A stretch of 64,000 nt of DNA, from the NCBI GenBank assembly GCA_964187785.1, contig OZ076420.1, positions 56,730,001-56,794,000 on the forward strand. Direction: 5' to 3'. Of this stretch, positions 59,858-64,000 are shown in pieces. The position numbers and the translations under genes were made by a program. This stretch comes from Amphiscolops sp. MND2022. Taxonomy: Eukaryota. How positions within the stretch are numbered: the stretch's first letter is position 1; the number at the start of each line of letters is the position of its first letter. The notes beneath the pieces were generated by a model, which saw only the letters and a list, made by a program, of their open reading frames with translations, was not told the DNA's origin and ran no database searches.

Positions 59858-61519
59858 TAATCAATTGGTAGTTTTAAAGCGAAGGAAATGAAGGACTCGT
59901 TTGTCTGCTGTGGAAAATTTTAAAAAAATATGGAAATGACAGAGAGAAAACAGGTAATTTAGGGGTCTTGATATTAGAATTTGAGAAAATGCGTGATTCA
60001 AATGTTTTTCAGTGAGGAAAAGTGTTTCAATTTTCTTTTATTTAGGGCAACAGTCAACGAATTAACAGGGTGTAGGTTTAAAAGCATGATAAGCAGTTGA
60101 TTATTTCACTTGCAAGTTTTTACCAGTATAAGCAAATATGTAAAGCTATGATAAACTGAAAGTGAGACGGTAAGCTTTGAAAAAGATCTTATTTCATTCT
60201 ATCTAAACTTCTAGTTCAGCTGCTGCTAAATGGGATACAGGATACCATCTGTTTCGACGTATTAACCTCGACAGTCCACCGAGAAGTCAAAAAATTGACA
60301 AAAATTTGGCAAAACTTTTTAAAAGCTTCATTTCCCCAGGAGTAATAACCACAGTTCAAATCGGGTTACTAGAGTGGGACAGTAACTTAGCAAACAGTTG
60401 CTCAGAGAAAAGGCCATTTTTCTGAAATGTAATATTTTGCAGTTTTTCACTTTTTTCCAGTTACTTTTTTTGCTGGTGGTTCAAAAAACAAACTATATTG
60501 ACACAAATAACAACTAGCCCCAGATAGTCCAAAAGATTGTCGATACGAAAGACAATATTTCGTTTTCCTATACGCTTTTTTCGTTTGATAATTTTTTATT
60601 GATTGCAAAAAAATTGCTGTCTTCATTTCCTCATTCGAGGACAAAATCACTGTCGAGCTTAAGACAACTGTGAACATCAAAATTAATAGCGTCTCATTTC
60701 CAGTTACCATTTTTAATTACTGAAAAAAGTTGGAAATAGAAAAAACTTTTTCGATGAGATCAAGAGATGGGAGTGTGATTAATGTCGTTTAATGTCTATG
60801 ATGAAAAAGGTTCAATAACGGCACTTACCCTGCATTAACTAAGGAAGATGTTTTTGCATTTCATCTTCAACGGACGCGGTGGAGGCGGTAGAAAGAAAAA
60901 TTATTACAAAAGCGTATTTCATTTTAAAATACTCTTAGTGAAAAATCTTTGACAATTCAGGCACAATAATGAAAACTTGCATTCAATTTCTGTGTTTACA
61001 AGAATAAATAAGATTATCATAGATCCGCACTTAGTGAACCATTTTCTGTAGGGTCTCGCAGTTTTTCGAAAAAAGGTTTGAAACTGTCCTTTCAAGTTTT
61101 TACGCTCCCTGCTTGCACTTTTGACGTATTGTGAGTTGGCGAGCTAATTTATTCATTATTTTTCCATAGAACTAACAAGGAAACTTGCTTGCATTAAAAT
61201 ATTTCTGACTGAATTGACTTTCATCAAGGTGCCTAAAAATGCATCCTAAATTTGGCGGCAATTCAGAGCAATAGAATTTTACAAGTTCTACTATAGATTT
61301 ATTTACAATTTTCAAATCCAGCTGAGACCTTTCCAACTTCAGTTGTTCCATAGATTTCAAAGTACAGTCAAATTCAACGTACAATTTGACTGACGGTTAT
61401 TACATAAGTTGAATATTAAGAAACAGAAGTGTGAAAACAACGTGATCGAGACGGTGAAGAAGTAAGGAACGTTTCAGTTTTGATTGAAATAGTGGAAGCT
61501 GCATTTTAATCCTACAAAA

Positions 61520-61870
61520 TATAGACCAATTTTGAATTTCCTAGCGATTTGAGATCAAATTTCTCTTGATTTCAGATCATTTTTCCAGTAATTGTAAACC
61601 ATATTTTGGTGATTTCAGATCTTGTTAGAAACATTTTGAATATAACTTTTGGTTGTTTTAAATCATATTCCTAGTACTTCCAGATGGCATTCTTGAGGAT
61701 TTTAGATCCTTCACCATTGATATCCAATCTTATTCAAAAGATTCAGGATCATATTCCTAGGGATCACTAAAATCACTAAACTTTTAGACTTTAGATCATG
61801 TTCATACTAATTTCAGATCGAGTGATTTAAAATCTCATTCCAGGGGTTTTGAATCATATTCGTGACTCTA
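61520..61870. repeat. Degenerate short-period minisatellite (ttt(c/t)agatc core)
   Basis: Recurrent gatttcagatc, ttttagatc and atcatattcc motifs. Confidence 0.5.
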
Positions 61871-62159
61871 TATCATTCACAGCGGGGTTTTTAGTAAGCG
61901 CATTTTGTAAGAAAATGTGCTCAACTATTAAAATGACACAAAAGCCGTCTTGAGCACTTTTTGAGCTTTGAGCGGGACACAAACTTTTTCCGAGCTAATT
62001 CTGCGATTGCGTGCTTGGAACGTGGTTCGTCAACACGGGTGACTGTTCATTCGTACAGAACTACATTTCTAGCATTTTGTCATAAACTTACATTATCCGG
62101 CCTTGTTATTAGTCAGCACGTTTTCCTTTAAGGAAAAAGCCCGAATATTACAGTGCCTA

Positions 62160-62769
62160 TTGTTTACAGTGACTAGAATACTTGCGTAGTGGACACTTTT
62201 CACAGTACTAAACTACCGGACCGGCAAGCAGAAACGCATCTAAATTAGTGCAAAATGCCACCTTTCAATTATTCCCCTCTTTAACGTAATATACAAAACC
62301 GGACGTCCCCCCTTCAAATTTTTTCGCCCTGTGCGACTTTGTTTCGAATTTGTTTGTCTCCAACGTGTCCCCCTTCAAATGTTTTGATGTTTTGCAATAA
62401 ACTTGAATTTCAAAAAACCCAAAGGGTCTCTCCTTTTACATTTTTCGGCACTATGAGACTTTCAAAAGTCTTTTTTTAGCCTGAAATTATGTTCTCTCAA
62501 TTTATACCAACAAAGAACTTTTTTCAATTTTGTCCAAAATTTTGACGTAATATCCGAAGTAATTTGCGTTTTACTGATCAAAAAGCACCCGCATTTGTTT
62601 CAGTAGGCTATATCCCAACTTTTGAAGCGTTTTCCGAGCACGAAAAGTACTTTTACGGTTTTTCGAAAATGAAACTTTTTCATTTGAAAACGTCCTGAGC
62701 ATACCCTAAAATCTTTGCGCTTTTTGAGCCTTAGATACAGCGCCGACTTTAGACGTTCCCGTCTTGTTT
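62160..62769 (+). mobile_element. Dispersed repeat copy C (family of 9490 and 40860)
   Basis: Shared blocks with copy A; 3' end gcgccgactttagacgttcccgtcttgtta. Confidence 0.7.
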
Positions 62770-64000
62770 ATCCATTGCATTAAGTTGTGCAGAGTCTGTA
62801 AATTCATCAGGGATACTCGACACTCTGGAAAAAATTAATATTAAAATTAGGCAAAACACTATTTCATTTTTTTTTCACGACTGTTAGATTGCAGAGCTTT
62901 TAGAAAAATTTCCGTTAGGAAAACTTGAGTTGCGTTTTGTACTCACCGCCAACAAGGCTTCGAAATCTAGTGCGTACAATCAGAGGGCGATCAAACAAAT
63001 TTGAGCTTTCAGTTGACGGCCCTAGTTGAACTTGCTGGGAAGTTTTACATGTTCATTAAGGTTGCCAAGCACTTTTAGCATGACTTTTGGAGTTTCATAG
63101 AGAATCATTCAAGAAAAATTTTTCCCTGATGCAATGATATTTCTTCAGGGATTTCTACACAATTTGGCGGGCTTTCAGAGCAACATCAAGGAAATTGAAG
63201 AAAAAAACTCCCGCGAAATTTTCCCTGTTTTCGCGGGCACAACCTCAACTTTTGTAAGTGCAGACACTACAAAATAACGTAAACAAAACTGCCTGTGTGG
63301 CAAACAAATTTGTATCACAGGAAATTTTTTCGTGTGAAAATTTTTTTTCTTCACCCAAAGTGTTAAGAAACTCGAAATTTATCACTTTCAGGTTTTTGAA
63401 CACTAAAAAAAACTGCTATTAATGTTCTATGGAAAATTATTTTTGGGACTACTTTGAGAGCGTAATATCAGAAATCAGATATTTTGATTGGGTGAATTTT
63501 CAAACATTTTGTTAGCCCAGAAAGTTGAGATAAAACGGGGAAACAAGCAAATATTTTTGTTTCTTTCATGTAATTTAGTTTGATAATTTGGACATTTTTT
63601 GAAAATAAAGAGAGGAAAATTGCACCTCGCGACTGCTTCTTGAAAACATTTTTAGCCGAAAAGTTTGTTTGTGAGTTCCAGATTACCTTCTGTCGCTTAT
63701 ATGCCCGGTTTCTTTGGTACAAAACATGCTGATCCTCAATTGAGGGCGCAATTGATGCCAATGATGACAGACTCTTGATTGTTGTGCTTGATCAAAATCA
63801 GTTGGAGATACCAAGAAACAAGTGAAAAATGTCAAAACTGCGGAATCGTCGGAAGGTACTCTTTGAAAGGAAGTGAGCTGTTTTGAGAGCCACGTTCTCA
63901 CATTTTGGCGCAGAAACGTATCATATAATTATAAGTATAACATATGATCTAATAATAAGTATAACCTCTGCCTAATTTGTCTGAAAAATATTATAAGGAC

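Noticed and set aside
63205-63240. Isolated cccgcgaaa...tttcgcggg hairpin resembling the E2F array
   Set aside because: Single copy with a different centre; cannot be linked to the array.
63683-63901. Upstream exon of the SxIP host gene
   Set aside because: A plausible minus-strand donor exists near 63685, but frame and acceptor are ambiguous and there is no recognisable domain.

Overview
Eukaryotic (animal-like), AT-rich window dominated by decayed mobile elements. No rRNA, intact tRNA or CRISPR array was found. From left to right: (1) a decayed LINE (about 1.4-4.2 kb), MITEs and a tRNA-derived SINE-like head. (2) A cluster of tandemly amplified unknown small genes (12-17 kb), an array of TTTCCCGCGCCGCGCGGGAAA palindromes and a ~146-bp minisatellite. 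(3) A Polinton/Maverick (adintovirus-like) endogenous virus (19.2-36.8 kb) carrying protein-primed PolB, packaging ATPase, integrase, penton, basic core protein, double-jelly-roll major capsid and adenain protease, all pseudogenised. Fragments of a second, diverged Polinton follow head-to-tail (37-42 kb). (4) A 5'-truncated Ty3/Gypsy element (45.4-56.6 kb) with an unusually complex gene set: a TARG1/OARD1-type macrodomain inside pol, a furin-cleaved class I-type env, and a further ORF after env encoding a coiled coil plus a DnaJ (HPD) domain. A 1782-bp internal segment of this element is triplicated. (5) The terminal exon of a minus-strand host gene with five SxIP motifs. All protein assignments come from motif recognition by eye; no database search was run. 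The best candidate for an undescribed system is the macrodomain + env + J-domain Gypsy element.
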